A stretch of 64,000 nucleotides of DNA from Eledone cirrhosa (taxonomy: Eukaryota): positions 26,226,001 to 26,290,000 of the forward strand of contig OZ024763.1 in the NCBI GenBank assembly GCA_964016885.1, in the 5' to 3' direction. The notes under the pieces were generated by a model. That model was not told where the DNA came from and did not search any database. It worked only from the letters and a program-made list of their open reading frames with translations. Both the position numbers and the translations under genes were made by a program. Each line of letters starts with the position of its first letter. Position 1 is the stretch's first letter. Of the stretch, positions 44,196 to 58,205 are shown piece by piece.

Positions 44196-45049
44196 TAATA
44201 TTTGGTGTTAAGATATTGATATACCTTAGCGTAGACTTAATAGTATAAGCTCGCTAACGGCAGTGAGGTAAAAATTCAAAATCACAAGGGATATAAGTTA
44301 ACAAGGATACATTAAAAACAGAAAAGGGCCGTTATTATAGACGCTATATATATACAGACATATATATATATAAACTTATGTTTGAAAAGTGAATGCATGG
44401 GGTGGGTGGTGTCATGGGTGGAGGTACTTGTGTGGTTTCTTGATCCCTGATTGTCTGTCTGTATGTCTGTGTGGGCCTGTTATCCCCCCCCCTCTCGGCC
44501 TGTATTCACCACATGTCACTTTACCACTTGGGGGGAGGGGGGTATAGGATGGGGCTGGGTGTGTGGGAGAAAGGGTGGCTGTGAGAGAGAGGGTGGAGTT
44601 GTGTGTGTGAGTGAAACAGATAGCGGGGAGGGGGGTTTGGAGTGAGAGGGTCAGTGTTTAGGAGAGAGTGAGAACCCCCACTGCCCCTGGGTGGAAGGAG
44701 AAGCGAGAGTGTTTTCTTATCTTTGGTGATAAGGGACACAGGAGCTGGTCTGTGTAACCAACTACCCCCCCCCCCCCCCTGCTACCATCCTACCATCTAA
44801 CCATTCAACCTTCTCTTATCTTCAGAGAGGGGTAGGGGTGGGTTTGTAACTGATCTCTGGTGTATATGGCACCAGCAGCAGCTGTGTGGTGTATAGAGGG
44901 AGGAAGGGAGATAGGTTGGGGGGGGGGGGGGCATGAGGAAGGTAGTGGTGGTGGTGGTGGTGGTAGGGAGGTAGAAGCACCATACAGTTGGCCTGTTGCA
45001 TTCCATTCCCCTGAGACAGTCTCTCTGGAACCCTCACCCCCATCCTCCT

Positions 45050-45660
45050 ATCAATACCATCACTAGCACCATCACTAGCATCACCAACACCACTAGCATC
45101 ACCAGAGCCACCGGCATACACCACCTCCACCACTACCACCAGCACCCACCACTACAACCAGCACCATTACTACCATCACCACTCCCACTACCATCACCGC
45201 TACCACCATCACCACCACCATCACCACCACCACTACCATCACCACTACCATCACCACTACCATCACCACTACCATCACCACTACCACTACCAGCACCACT
45301 ACCACTACCAGCACCACTACCATCACCATCACCACCACCATCACCACCACTACTACCACCACCATCACCACTACCACCATCACCACTACCACCATCACCA
45401 CTACCACCAACACCACTACCACCAACACCACTACCACCACCAACACTACCATCACTTGCACCACTACCAACACTACCACGACCAACACTACCACCACCAA
45501 CACTACCACCAACACCACTACCAGCGCCAACACCACTACCAGCACCACCACCACTACCAACACCACCGCTACCATCACCACTACCACCACCACCAACACC
45601 ACCACCACCACCAACACTACCACCACCACTACCACCACTACCACTACTATCACCACCACC
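45050..45660 (+). repeat. (ACC/ACT/ATC)n low-complexity tract
   Basis: Direct reading of the sequence. Confidence 0.9.
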
Positions 45661-46327
45661 TTTTACATCCCTATCTTTTATCTCTGTCTTTTAATCCTTT
45701 TCTTTACCATACTTCTAATAAAAGACACTGCCTGTGGTTTTCAAATAGTTTTGAAAATAATCAAGAATTTGGAGGGATTTAATAATATAACTGACCTCCT
45801 CATTATTATGTTAGTGTTTGGAACATAACTTAATAAAGGTTCTTATATAAAATTATGATGGAAGGTTTTAGATAAAAACATTAATGTTTTAAAATAAACA
45901 AATTTGTCTCATAAAACTAGAGGTGTTTGGAACATAACTTAACAAAGGTTCTTATATAAAATTATGATGGAAGCTTTTTAGATAAAAATATTAACATTTT
46001 AAAATAAATATGTTTGGAACATAACTTGACAAAGGTTCTTATATAAAATTATGATGGAAGGTTTTTTAGATAAAAACATTAACATTTTAAAATAAATATG
46101 TTTGGAACATAACTTAACAAAGGTTCTTATATAAAATTATGATGGAAGGAAGGTTTTTTAGATAAATATAAACACTTTAAAATAAAGTTTTGTATCACAG
46201 AGCCAGAGGATTTGGTAACATAAGTTAACAAAAGTTCTTAAATAAAATTATGATAGAGGGTTTATTGATAAACATAAACACTTTAAAATAAACAATTTTT
46301 GTATCATAAAACTAGGGGTGTTTACAG

Positions 46328-46484
46328 CAGCGGTTGCCAACCTGTGGTCCTTGAGAAAGTTTTGATGGTCCACAGAAAAATTGTAATGTAATTATCTCTT
46401 CTAAAAAAATTCATATTAGTGGCCCACAGGATTTAACATTATGAATTTAGTGGTCCATGAGGTCTGAAAGGTTGTCGACCAATG
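46328..46484. mobile_element. hAT-like MITE
   Basis: Imperfect TIRs CAGCGGTTGCCAACCT / AGGTTGTCGACCAATG. Probable 8-bp TSD GTTTACAG/GTTTAGAG, with the right copy split by the next MITE. Confidence 0.6.
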
Positions 46485-46490
46485 GTTTAA

Positions 46491-46711
46491 CCCTTTAGCA
46501 TTTAAACCGGATGTATACGGCCAGAAATCTCTCCCTTTTTTCGGTTCAAACCAGCTGTAACCGGCCACTCATACTAATGTTAAAGTATTGTTCTCAAAAT
46601 AAATAATATCAAAATCTCATAGATTCGATATTATGTGAGATAATTATGTAAGGTAAAGCCTTTACCACAAAAATACAATAGTATATATAAAGTAATGTGA
46701 ATGCTAAAGGG
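46491..46711. mobile_element. TTAA-targeting (piggyBac-like) MITE
   Basis: TTAA-CCCTTTAGCATT...AATGCTAAAGGG-TTAG. Related copies at 60993-61345 and, inverted, at ~48965-49485. Confidence 0.8.
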
Positions 46712-46815
46712 TTAGAGCGTAACTGAAAGGTTCTTACATAAAATTATGATGGAAGGTAAATATGAACACTAGTATGTAAATATCTCTCTCTCTCTACACA
46801 CACATACACACACAC

Positions 46816-46854
<39 letters not shown>

Positions 46855-46909
46855 GTGTGTGTGCGCATGTATATATATATATATGTCTATATATATATGT
46901 GTGTGTATT

Positions 46910-47252
46910 TCATCATCATCATCATCATCATTTTTACGTCCGCTTTTCCCTGCTTGCAAGGGTGGGACGGGAACTGATTCTGGCTTGATTTCTACAGCTG
47001 GATGCCCTTCCTAACACCAACCTCATTTACAGTGAGTGCCGGGTGCTTTTTTGCCGTGGCACCTCCACGACCACTTTGCAGTGGAATGATATGGACCCCA
47101 GTCCCTATCATCTCATTTCTACAGCTGAGTAAACTGGAGCAATGTGAAATAAAGTGTCTTGTTCAAGGAAACAACACATCACCCGGTCTGGGAATTGAAC
47201 TCACAACCTTTCGATTGCAAGGCCAATGCTCTAACCACTAAGCCATGTGCCT
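46910..47252 (-). mobile_element. Full-length SINE family 1: tRNA-like head, body shared with the RTE-A 3'UTR, RTE-B 3' tail
   Basis: Head GGCTTAGTGGTTAG...GAGTTCAATTCC (A/B-box-like). Tail CCCACCCTTGCAAGCAGGGAAAAGCGGACGTAAAA(ATG)n matches 30365-30416. Confidence 0.85.
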
Positions 47253-47444
47253 CTCTATATATATATATGTGTGTGTCATCAACCCAATTCTATAAACAAC
47301 TGTCTGTAAGATACCAAAGGCTTTGTTTACTTCGTTATCTGACAGGTGACAATTGTTTTTTGTTTTGTATATATATATATAGTTATTTGTGTGTGTATGT
47401 ATATATAATATCTATTGATATGTATAATTATATATATATATCAT

Positions 47445-47488
<44 letters not shown>

Positions 47489-47604
47489 ACATCCAGGTAT
47501 GTATTTAAATAAATATGTTATATATATATGGTGCAATGTTAACAGTGAAAACAAATGTATGCTGTGTACTCACACACACACACATACATATGTATATATA
47601 TATA

Positions 47605-47639
<35 letters not shown>

Positions 47640-48194
47640 TATCCATGTTTGTGGGGTGAGAGCTATCTGTCCATAAGGATTAGTCTATCATGCTGTCACC
47701 CCCCACCACCACCTCCACCAGTATGGTTGTGTCAGCTGTTCCCCAAGAATTAGTCAGTGGTCTCTCTCATTCTCTCTTCCCCCCGCTCTCTCTGTTTCAA
47801 TAACCCTCTCTCATTTTCTCTCCCCCTTCTCTCTCTGTCTCTATGACCCTCTCTCATTTTCTCTTTCTTCCTTCTCTCTTTCTCTCTCCCTCTCCCTTCC
47901 TCCCTATTTATATCTTTTCCTTTCCCCTCTCTCTCACTCCCTCTCTCTCTATCTTTCCCTTTCCCCTCTCTCTATGACACAAACTCTCTGTTTTTCTCTA
48001 TCTCCCCCTCGTATCTCTTCCTTTATCACTCTCTCCCTTCTCCCTCTCTCTTTGACCCTCTCTCAATATATATATATATAATTGTTTCTAGTTTTGGCAC
48101 AAGGCCAGCAATTATTTCAGGGTATTACTGGTACTTTATTTTATCGACCCTGTAAGGATGAAAGGCAAAAATGATGATGGTGTGTGTGTATATA

Positions 48195-48236
<42 letters not shown>

Positions 48237-48559
48237 TATATATGTGTGTATATATGTGTATATATATATGTGTGTGTGTATATATATATGTATATATACA
48301 TATATGTGTGTGTGTATATATATATGTATATATATGTGTATATACATATGTGTGTGTGTATATATATATATGTATATATATATATGTATATATATATATG
48401 TATATATATATATGTATATATATATGTGTATATGTATATATATATATGTGTATATATATATGTGTATATATATATATGTGTATATATATGTGTATATATA
48501 TGTGTGTATGTGTGTATATATATATATATATACACACACATATATATATATATGTATAT

Positions 48560-49730
48560 ATCGGAATAAAATTAATAGATCAAGTAATGAAAGTGACAAA
48601 GAATTATAGCACAGCTAATTAGGGAAAGAGTCAAAATAGGTGAGATGCAGTTTGGTTTGCCTTCTTCCTAGTGAGGCAATTAGAAGAGAAGTTCCTAGCC
48701 AAAAATAAACCACTATATTTAGCTTTTGTTGAACGCCTTTGATAGAGTACCCTGATCTATTATCTGGTGGTCCTTAAGGAAACTAGGTGCAGAAGAATGG
48801 TTTGTGAGAGCAGTACAAGCTATGTACAGAGGAGCTGTCAGTTAAGTGAGAGTAGGAAATGAGTTTAGTGAGGAATTCAAGGTACAGGTAGGAGTTCATC
48901 AAGATCCAGTTCTTAGCCCACTGCTGTTCATCATAGTTCTTCAGCTCATAACAGAGGAGTTGAGCCCTTTAGCACTCACATTATATGCTTTGCATACATT
49001 TTGTAGTATAGTTATGTCGCAGTATATTCCGAGTTCAAATCCCGCTGAGGCTAACTTTGCCTTTCATCCTTACGGGGTCGATAAAATAAAGTACCAGTAA
49101 TGCACTGGGTAATTGCTGGCCTTGTGACAAAAGTAGAAACAATTATATGCTTTGCAGCAAAGAGTTACGGCCCTTTATGGTCTGAGTTCAAATTCCTGCC
49201 GAGGTTAATTTTGCCTTTCATCCTTACGGGGTTGATAAAATAAAGTACCAGTAATGCACTGGGTAATTGCTGGCCTTGTGCCAAAAGTAGAAACAATTAT
49301 TCTATTTATACTATTGTATTTTCCCAGAAAAGGCTTTATCTCACATAATATCAAATCTACAAGATTTTGATATTTATTTTGAGAACAATACCCTAATGTC
49401 GGTATGAGTAGCTAGTTAGGACCGGTTTGAACAGAAAGAGGCGAGAGAATTCTGGCTGGGTATGGCCAGTTTAAATGCTAAAGGATTAAAACAGGCTGCC
49501 CATGGGATCTTCTCTATGCAAATGATTTGGTCCTTATAGCTGAAACCAAAAAAGAGCTAGAAAATAAATTCCAATTATGGAATCTGAATTTGGAATCAAA
49601 AGGTCTGAGAGTAAACTTAGCCAAAACTAAAGTAGAGTAGGAGAGAAGACAGGACCCTGATTCCCTGAGGGAAGTGACCCTGCTCAATATGTAGAAAAGG
49701 AATAGGCATAAACTCCGTACAATGTACCCT
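48560..49730 (+). mobile_element. Decayed RTE RT fragment split by a TTAA MITE that itself contains two SINEs
   Basis: [11 protein letters not shown]...GVHQ.VLSPLLF...ITEE | MITE + SINEs | TGCPWDLLYA...CSICRKG. Confidence 0.85.
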
Positions 49731-50084
49731 TGATGTTGATATGGTGATGATGATAATGATGTTGGTGATGATGATAGTAATTGTTTCTACTTTTGGCACA
49801 AGGCCAGCAATTACCCCAGTAAATTACTGGTACTTTATTTTATCGACTCTGTCAAGATGAAAGGCAAAGTTAACCTCGGCGGGATTTGAACTCGGAATAT
49901 ACTGGGACATAATTATACTACAAAATTTGTCTGATGCCCTCCCGATAAGTGATGGTGATGATGACGCTGATAATGTTGATGGTTATGTTGATAATGATGA
50001 CAATGATGGGGATGATAATGTTGTTGTTGATAATGATGATAATGATTGATTGCTTCTAATTGCCCTAATTATTTGTTGTCCCAG

Positions 50085-50203
50085 GTATGCTGAAACGAAA
50101 GACTTTAGTTCTGGATCTTGATGAAACTTTAATTCATTCTCATCATGACGGTGTTTTACGTCAGACCGTGAAGCCAGGTACTCCACCAGACTTTGTATTA
50201 AAG
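50085..50203 (+). CDS. CTDNEP1: CTDNEP1 coding exon 3 (119 nt), HAD DxDxT catalytic motif
   Basis: cag|(S)[39 protein letters not shown]|gtaagt. Confidence 0.97.
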
Positions 50204-50209
50204 GTAAGT

Positions 50210-50600
50210 TGTACCTCAACACCACATTGCATCACATGTCTATACCAGTGCAGTTTTCTCTACTGCAGCTTCCTTCAACTGGGATTTCTTGGCACTTCGT
50301 AACCCAGCAATCATCATCCATACACAACACATTTCTATACCAGAGTAGTCTTCTCTCCTGCACGATACATCTTTTTCCTCTTAAACTCAGGTATACCTCT
50401 ACTGCAGCTTCCTTCAACTGGGATTTCCTGGTACTTCTTCACTCAGCAATCACCATCTATACACAACACATGTCTGTACCAGAGCAGTCTTCTCTCTTGC
50501 AAGATACATCTGTTTCCTCTTAAACCCAGCTTTTTTCTCTCTCTTAATCCAAGCTTTGTTGTTGAAACACGTCAGCATTGCACATCCATTGAAGGCCTTT
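50210..50600 (-). mobile_element. Decayed RTE-B-like 3' ORF fragments, partly duplicated
   Basis: [24 protein letters not shown]. 50391-50525 repeats 50260-50390. Confidence 0.7.
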
Positions 50601-51015
50601 TTTTACTGCACAGATGTTACACAACACTGTTGGTGGTGGTGGTGGTGATGAAGGTGGTGGTGGTGGTTGTGGTGATGAAGATGGTGGTGGTGGTGGTGAT
50701 AAAGGTGGTGGTGGATGTATTAGTGATGATGGCAGTGATGATGATGATGAGATGGTGGTGGTGAGGAAGATGCTGGAGTGAAGATGATGATGATGATGGT
50801 TATGTAATGTATTGTTTCTAGTAGCTGGGTTCCACAGCTACTAGCATTACATTACCACCACCATTACCATTTAATGTGGTTGGTTAGTTAATATTAGTAT
50901 TAGTACACCCCCCACCCCCACCCCCCAAGACACTGTGTAATAAATAGCTCTCAGGTTGTGTTTACTAGTGACTAGAACTGGTAAACAACACCCTTCACAT
51001 ACCAACAGATACTGA

Positions 51016-51054
<39 letters not shown>

Positions 51055-51369
51055 ATAGACACATACATAGACACACTCACACACATACATATAGAGACTG
51101 ACAGGCAAACACATTCACACACAGACTGACACACACGCACACAGACAGACGGACACTCACGCACATACTCTCATACACTCACACACACACACTGACACTC
51201 ACATAGACACACACAGACAGATAGACTGGCACACACACACATACAGACACTCACACATACACTCACATACACACACACACATACACACTCACACACAGGT
51301 ACAGACACTCACACACACATACAGACACTCACACACATACACGCAGGCAGACACATGCACAGACTGACA

Positions 51370-52315
51370 CACACAGACAGACAGGGTACTAGTTCCATGG
51401 TGCCACCAACACCAACACCCTTCACATACCAACAGCTACCAACAGAGAGACAGACAGACAGACAGGGTACTAGTTCCATGGTGCCACCAACACCAACACC
51501 CTTCACATACCAACAGCTACCAACAGAGAGACAGACAGACAGGGTACTAGTTCCATGGTAACACCAACACCACCACCCTTCACATACCAACAGCTACCAA
51601 CAGAGAGACAGACAGACAGACAGGGTACTAGTTCCACGGTAACACCAACACCCTTCACATACCAACAGCTACCAACAGAGAGACAGACAGACAGGGTACT
51701 AGTTCCACGGTGTCACCAACACCCTTCACATACCAACAGCTACCAACAGAGAGACAGACAGACAGGGTACTAGTTCCATGGTAACACCAACACCAACACC
51801 CTTCACATACCAACAGCTACCAACAGAGAGACAGACAGACAGGGTACTAGTTCCATGGTAACACCAACACCAACACCCTTCACATACCAACAGCTACCAA
51901 CAGAGAGACAGACAGACAGGGTACTAGTTCCATGGTAACACCAACACCAACACCCTTCACATACCAACAGCTACCAACAGAGAGACAGACAGACAGGGTA
52001 CTAGTTCCATGGTGCTACCAACACCAACACCCTTCACATACCAACAGAGAGACAGACAGACAGACAGGGTACTAGTTCCATGGTGCTACCAACACCAACA
52101 CCCTTCACATACCAACAGAGAGACAGACAGACAGGGTACTAGTTCCATGGTAACACCAACACCCTTCACATACCAACAGCTACCAACAGAGAGACAGACA
52201 GACAGACAGGGTACTAGTTCCATGGTGCTACCAACACCAACACCCTTCACATACCAACAGCTACCAACAGAGAGACAGACAGACAGACAGGGTACTAGTT
52301 CCATGGTGCTACCAA
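51370..52315 (+). repeat. ~55-75-bp minisatellite
   Basis: GACAGGGTACTAGTTCCATGGT..ACCAACACCCTTCACATACCAACAGCTACCAACAGAGA, ~14 copies. Confidence 0.92.
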
Positions 52316-52379
52316 ACTCCAAACATGAAACCAAAGTCAGCAGTCAAGGTTATCAAAGAGAACAATCGTATTTAATACC

Positions 52380-53340
52380 ACTCTCTCTTTCTTTACCTCT
52401 CTTTCTCTGTTGCTCTCTCTTTCTTCTCTTTCTCTATCTCTCTTTCTCTTGCTCTGTTGCTCTCTCTTCTCCACCTCTGTTGCTCTCTCTTTCTTCTCTC
52501 TCTCTTTCTCCACCTCTCTTGCTCTGTTGCTCTCTCTTTCTTCTCTCTCTCTTTCTCCACCTCTCTTGCTCTGTTTCTCTCTCTTCTCCCTCTCTCTCTT
52601 TCTCCACCTCTTTTTCTCTTGCTCTGTTGCTCTCTCTCTTCTCCCTCTCTCTCTCTTTCTCCACCTCTCTTTCTCTTGCTCTCTCTTCTCCCTCTCCCTC
52701 TCCACCTCTCTTTCTCTTGCTCTCTTTCTCTTGCTCTCTCTTCTCCCTCTCTTTCTCCACCTCTGTTGCTCTCTTTTCCCTCTCATTCTCTTTCTCCACC
52801 TCTCTTGCTCTGTTGCTCTCTCTTCAAATAACTCTCTCACTCTCTCTCCTTATAACTCTCTCTCTCTCTCTCATAACTCTCTCACTCTCTCTCCTTCTCT
52901 CTCACTCTCTCTCTCTCTCTACTGCTCTCTTTCTCTCTACTGCTCTCTTTCTCTCTACTGCTCTCTTTCTCTCTCACTACCAGCCTCTTCAAAAAACTTG
53001 GTTTCGTTTGTTCCTCCTCTCTCTATCTCTCTCTCTCATATACACACACTCTCATTCCTCTCGCTACCACTCTCACTCCTCTTCCTCTCGCTACCACTCT
53101 CACTCCCCTCTTTATTCTTCAAGATCTCTCCTCTCACTATCTCATTCACTCTCTCTCGCTCTCACTTTCTCCTTCTCTCACTCTCTCTCTCTCACTGTCA
53201 CTCATTCACTCTCTCTCACTCTCTCCTTCTCTCACTCTCTCACTCCCTCTCTGTCTGTCACTCACTCACTCACTCTCACTCATTCCCTCTCTCACTCTCT
53301 GACACTCATTCTTTCTCCCACTCTCTCACTCTCTATACTT
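52380..53340 (+). repeat. CT-rich low-complexity tract
   Basis: Direct reading of the sequence. Confidence 0.9.
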
Positions 53341-54634
53341 CAAGTTTCATCCCCCATTCGCCACCACCACCACTACCCCCACCCTCCACACTCCCCCCAC
53401 TTCCACCTATTAAACAATCTTGGCATGTAGCCAACATGTTTATTATTTAACCTGACATGTAGTAAATACCATTTTCTATCACAGTTACCTTATAACTGAT
53501 GCTGCGCAGACACCGACACGTTTCTCTCTCTGTCTGTCTGCCTCTCTCTTTTGTTTATTACATATAGCAGGTGAGGGAGTGGTGGTGTGAGGGGGTCTCA
53601 TTGGAGGTTGTAGGGTGTGGGGGCACTGTAAGTTATAGGTGGTGGTGGTGGGGGCACTGTAAGTTATAGGTGGTGGTGGTGGGGGCACTAAGTTATAAGT
53701 GGTGGTGGTGGTGGAGCACTAGGTTACAGGTGGTGGTGGTGGGGGCTCTGTAGGTTATAGGTGGTGGTGGGGGCACTGAGTTATGGGGTGGAGGCACAGC
53801 AGAGTATAGGGTGAGGTGTGGGGGGTGCCACATGTTAAGAGGGTGTGGAGTCTACAGCAGCTTATAAGATGTGGTATGGGGCTACACAGCAGGTTAAAGG
53901 GTGTCGTGTGGGGCTACACAGCAGGTTATAGGGTGTGGTGTGGCCCATAGCAAGTTATGGGGGTACACAGTTTGATGTGGGGTCCTCAATATGGGGGTGG
54001 TATGACCCCCAACAGGTTATAAAGCGAGGAGGGGGTCAGTTGGTAGATAAACTAGGAGTGGGGTGGGGGTCTCCTTGTTAACTCTTATGTATATATTGTC
54101 TGTGGTCCCTTAATCGGAGGGTGGGTGGGGTGAACTGACACAGTCAAGGGTCAGATTAGAAATACCTCACTATTCCAAGGTGGACTTTGCCTTTCATCCT
54201 TATGGGGGTCGATAAAATAAAGTACCAGTCACCTCACTGGGGTTGATTTAATTCACTTTCTCTCTCCCCCTAAAATTGTTGGCCTCGCGCCTAAAGTAGA
54301 AACAATTATTATTATTATATATATATATTATACAGTATATATTATGTAATATATATATATATATATACATTATACTGTATATATTATGTAATATATATAT
54401 ATTATATATATATATATATATATATTACATAATATATACTGTATAATGTATATATATATGTGTAGAAGAGATATTTAATTTGTTGGAAATTCAACAAATA
54501 TAGATGTTTATAACTGATGTTTATAACAGCACTCGACAGATTTCTGGAGTAAGTATTCAATGATATTAAATAAATAGAAACTATATTTATAAATATATAT
54601 GGTTTTATAAATAGAGTTTCCATTTATTTAATAT

Positions 54635-54675
<41 letters not shown>

Positions 54676-55951
54676 TAAATTCAGCGATAATCGCATTTCG
54701 GCGGGTAGAAAAAGCGAAACGAAATGCTGCTGGCAAGCACTCCGTAGTTAAAAAACCAGAGCTAAACAATATGTTAAGAAGCCATACAAAACTGAAAAAG
54801 TGGTCAAGAAAGCATCAACCACCTAAGCCAAAAAGCAAATCAAGCTAAACAGGTCAAAACAAAATAAATGATAAAAAAACACAGACCTGGACCCATTGGA
54901 ATTGATGTTAAAATCCAAATCAAAATACTGTCTGCTTAAAATTATAAGCTTTAGGCATAATGATCGAACAAGGAATATCACGTTATCAACAGGTATTTTG
55001 CTCTGTACCAAATTTGTGAATGACACAGCCGCGTAAAAGCACATGTGGAAATCACAAGGGGAAAAACCCCAGATTTTGGCAAATGAATCTAGTATGTGTA
55101 GACCATGCAAAAAATTACATAAATATATATGTATATATATATATATATACATTCATTAAAGTGGACGTGTAGGCGCCACGAAAAAGCACCCAGCACTCAC
55201 TGTAAATGAGGTTGGTGTTAGGAAGGGCATTCAGCTGTAGAAATCAAGCCAAATCAGTTCCTGTATGAGCAAGGCATGGTCAGCCGACCAGACACTGCCC
55301 ACAACAGGACAACCCGTCTAACCCATGCTAGCATGGAAGAACAGACGTAAAACGGTGATGATGATGATGATGACATTATACAGTATATATTATGTAATAT
55401 ATATATATAATATATATATATATAATATATATATATATTATATATATATTATATATACTTTATTATATATACTTTATATATATACTTTATTTCACGTTGC
55501 TCCCTCTACCTGGAGTTGCGACCGATAGATAGTATTAGCAATTGGAAAGACCAACGGAAACATTGTTCCCTCGGTCCGATTTGACGAAAGTCGATCGTTC
55601 CTATATATATATACATTATACAGTATATATTATGTAATAATTATATATATATAATTGTTTCTACGTTAGGCACAAGGCCAGCAATTACCCAGTGTATTAC
55701 TGGTACTTTATTTTATCGACCCCGTAAGGCTAGCATGGGTTAGACGGGTTGTCCTGTTGTGGGCAATGTCAGGTCGGGTGACCTTGTCTTGCTCATATGG
55801 GAACTAATTCTGGTTTGATTCCTACGGCTGGATGCTCTTCCTAACACCAACCTCATTTACAGTGAGTGAAAGAGAGACATAGAGAGGGGGAGAGGAGAAT
55901 GGCAGAGAGAGCTGGTGGTGGTGTTGTATATATATATATATATAGGCGAGC

Positions 55952-55983
<32 letters not shown>

Positions 55984-56026
55984 ATGTGTGTGTGTCTATG
56001 ACCAGTGTATATAGATTACAGACACC

Positions 56027-56072
<46 letters not shown>

Positions 56073-56390
56073 GAAGTTATATTTAATTTGTTGGGATACA
56101 ACAAGCAAATATTTTTATAATTGATATACAACAAATTTTTGGAGTAAAAATACAATATATTAATTGTTTCTACTTTAGGCACAAGGCCAGCAATTACCCA
56201 GTGCATTACTGGTACTTTATTTTATCGACCCCGTAAGGATGAAAGGCAAAGTCAACCTCGGCGGGATTTGAACTCAGATCGTAAAGGGACGTAACTATGC
56301 TGGAAAGCATGGCGTCCGACCCTCTACCGATACTTCCAATCCACCGCCCAATATATTAATAAATGGAAACTATATTTATAAAACTATATT

Positions 56391-56455
56391 TATTTCATTA
56401 TACATATTTCAAGGACACCAAAGCAAATCATGGTGCGCTTTCATCAGATAAAATA
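56391..56455 (-). ncRNA. Type I hammerhead ribozyme-like motif in a solo PLE 3'-end fragment (~56070-56560, split by a SINE at 56161-56350)
   Basis: Minus strand TATTTTAT-CTGATGA-AAGCGCACCA(TGATTTGCTT)TGGTGTCCTT-GAAA-TATGTATA-ATGAAATA. Confidence 0.75.
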
Positions 56456-56709
56456 TAATATAGATCAGTTTTATAAACAAATATTGACATACTCTTAAGA
56501 GAATGCGACCATGTCTGTTGGAAGCTCCCGGATAGTGGGGTTACTAATTTTATTATTGGTCTATATATATTGTATATATATATGTGTGTGTGTGTGTATA
56601 AATATATATATTTATATATATGTGTGTGTGTATAAATATATATATTTATATATATGTGTGTGTGTGTATATAAATATATATATATATCGTGCTATCTTTC
56701 TATTTGCAG

Positions 56710-56781
56710 GTTATCATAGATCGACATCCTGTCCGTTTCTTTGTGTATAAGCGGCCACATGTAGACTACTTCCTAGAAATA
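56710..56781 (+). CDS. CTDNEP1: CTDNEP1 coding exon 4 (72 nt)
   Basis: cag|[24 protein letters not shown]|gtaagt. Confidence 0.97.
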
Positions 56782-56805
56782 GTAAGTATCACATTCCCTG
56801 GGATA

Positions 56806-58205
56806 TTACAGTGTGGACTGGTTGCTTTTTGTTGTGACACCTATATGACCACTTCACAGTGTGGGCTGCTTGCTTTTTGTTGTGACACCTATATGACCAC
56901 TTTACAGTGTGGATTGGGAGATTTTTGTTGTGACACTTATATGACCACTTCACAGTGTGGACTGGTTGCTTTTTGTTGTGACACCTATATGACCACTTTA
57001 CAGTGTGGACTGGGAGATTTTTGTTGTGACACTTATATGACCACTTCACAGTGTGGACTGGTTGCTTTTTGTTGTGAAACCTATATGACCACTTTACAGT
57101 GTGGACTGGGAGATTTTTGTTGTGACACTTATATGACCACTTCACAGTGTGGACTGGTTGCTTTTTGTTGTGACACCTATATGACCACTTTACAGTGTGG
57201 ATTGGGAGATTTTTGTTGTGACACTTATATGACCACTTCACAGTGTGGACTGGTTGCTTTTTGTTGTGACACCTATATGACCACTTTACAGTGTGGACTG
57301 GGAGATTTTTGTTGTGACACTTATATGACCACTTCACAGTGTGGACTGGTTGCTTTTTGTTGTGAAACCTATATGACCACTTTACAGTGTGGACTGGGAG
57401 ATTTTTGTTGTGACACTTATATGACCACTTCACAGTGTGGACTGGTTGCTTTTTGTTGTGACACCTATATGACCACTTTACAGTGTGGATTGGGAGATTT
57501 TTGTTGTGACACCTATATGACCACTTCACAGTGTGGACTGGTTGCTTTTTGTTGTGACACCTATATGACCACTTTACAGTGTGGACTGGGAGATTTTTGT
57601 TGTGACACTTATATGACCACTTCACAGTGTGGACTGGTTGCTTTTTGTTGTGACACCTATATGACCACTTTACAGTGTGGATTGGGAGATTTTTGTTGTG
57701 ACACTTATATGACCACTTCACAGTGTGGACTGGTTGCTTTTTGTTGGGACACCTATATGACCACTTTACAGTATGGATTGGGAGCTTTTTTTCGTGACAC
57801 CTATATGACCACTTCAGTGTGGATTGGGAGCTTTTTGTTGTGACACCTATATGACCACTTTACAGTGAGTACTGGGTGCTTTTTGTCGTGACACCTATAT
57901 GACCACTTCACAGTGTGGATTGGGAGCTTTTTGTTGTGACACCTATATGACCACTTCACAGTGTGGACTGGTTGCTTTTTGTTGTGACACCTCCATGACC
58001 ACTTCACAGTGTGGACTGGTTGCTTTTTGTTGTGACACCTCCATGACCACTTTACAGTGTGGATTGGGAGCTTTTTGTTGTGACACCTATATGACCACTT
58101 TACAGTGAGTACTGGGTGCTTTTTGTCGTGACACCTACACAACACTTTACAACGTGGGCTGGGTGTTTTTTGTTGTGACACCTCCATGACCCCTTTACAG
58201 TGCAA
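56806..58205 (+). repeat. 48-bp minisatellite with 96-bp A/B higher-order structure, ~29 units
   Basis: Alternating CTTCACAGTGTGGACTGGTTGCTTTTT and CTTTACAGTGTGGA(T/C)TGGGAGATTTTT units. Confidence 0.95.

Noticed and set aside
44996-45782. Pro-rich, Thr-rich, Val-rich and Ser/Leu-rich ORFs (also 16449-17322, 52009-53450, 62795-63332)
   Set aside because: They are simple trinucleotide or CT-repeat tracts without splice or homology support.
47180-47252. tRNA gene
   Set aside because: A/B-box-like motifs are present but they continue into a repeated SINE body, and there is no complete cloverleaf.
56689-57843. 384-aa ORF: exon 4 in frame with a Cys-rich 16-aa repeat (possible metallothionein-like isoform)
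   Set aside because: The 48-bp unit is a multiple of 3 and is open on both strands. It derives from a retroelement UTR, and a consensus GTAAGT donor precedes it. It would need intron-retention evidence.
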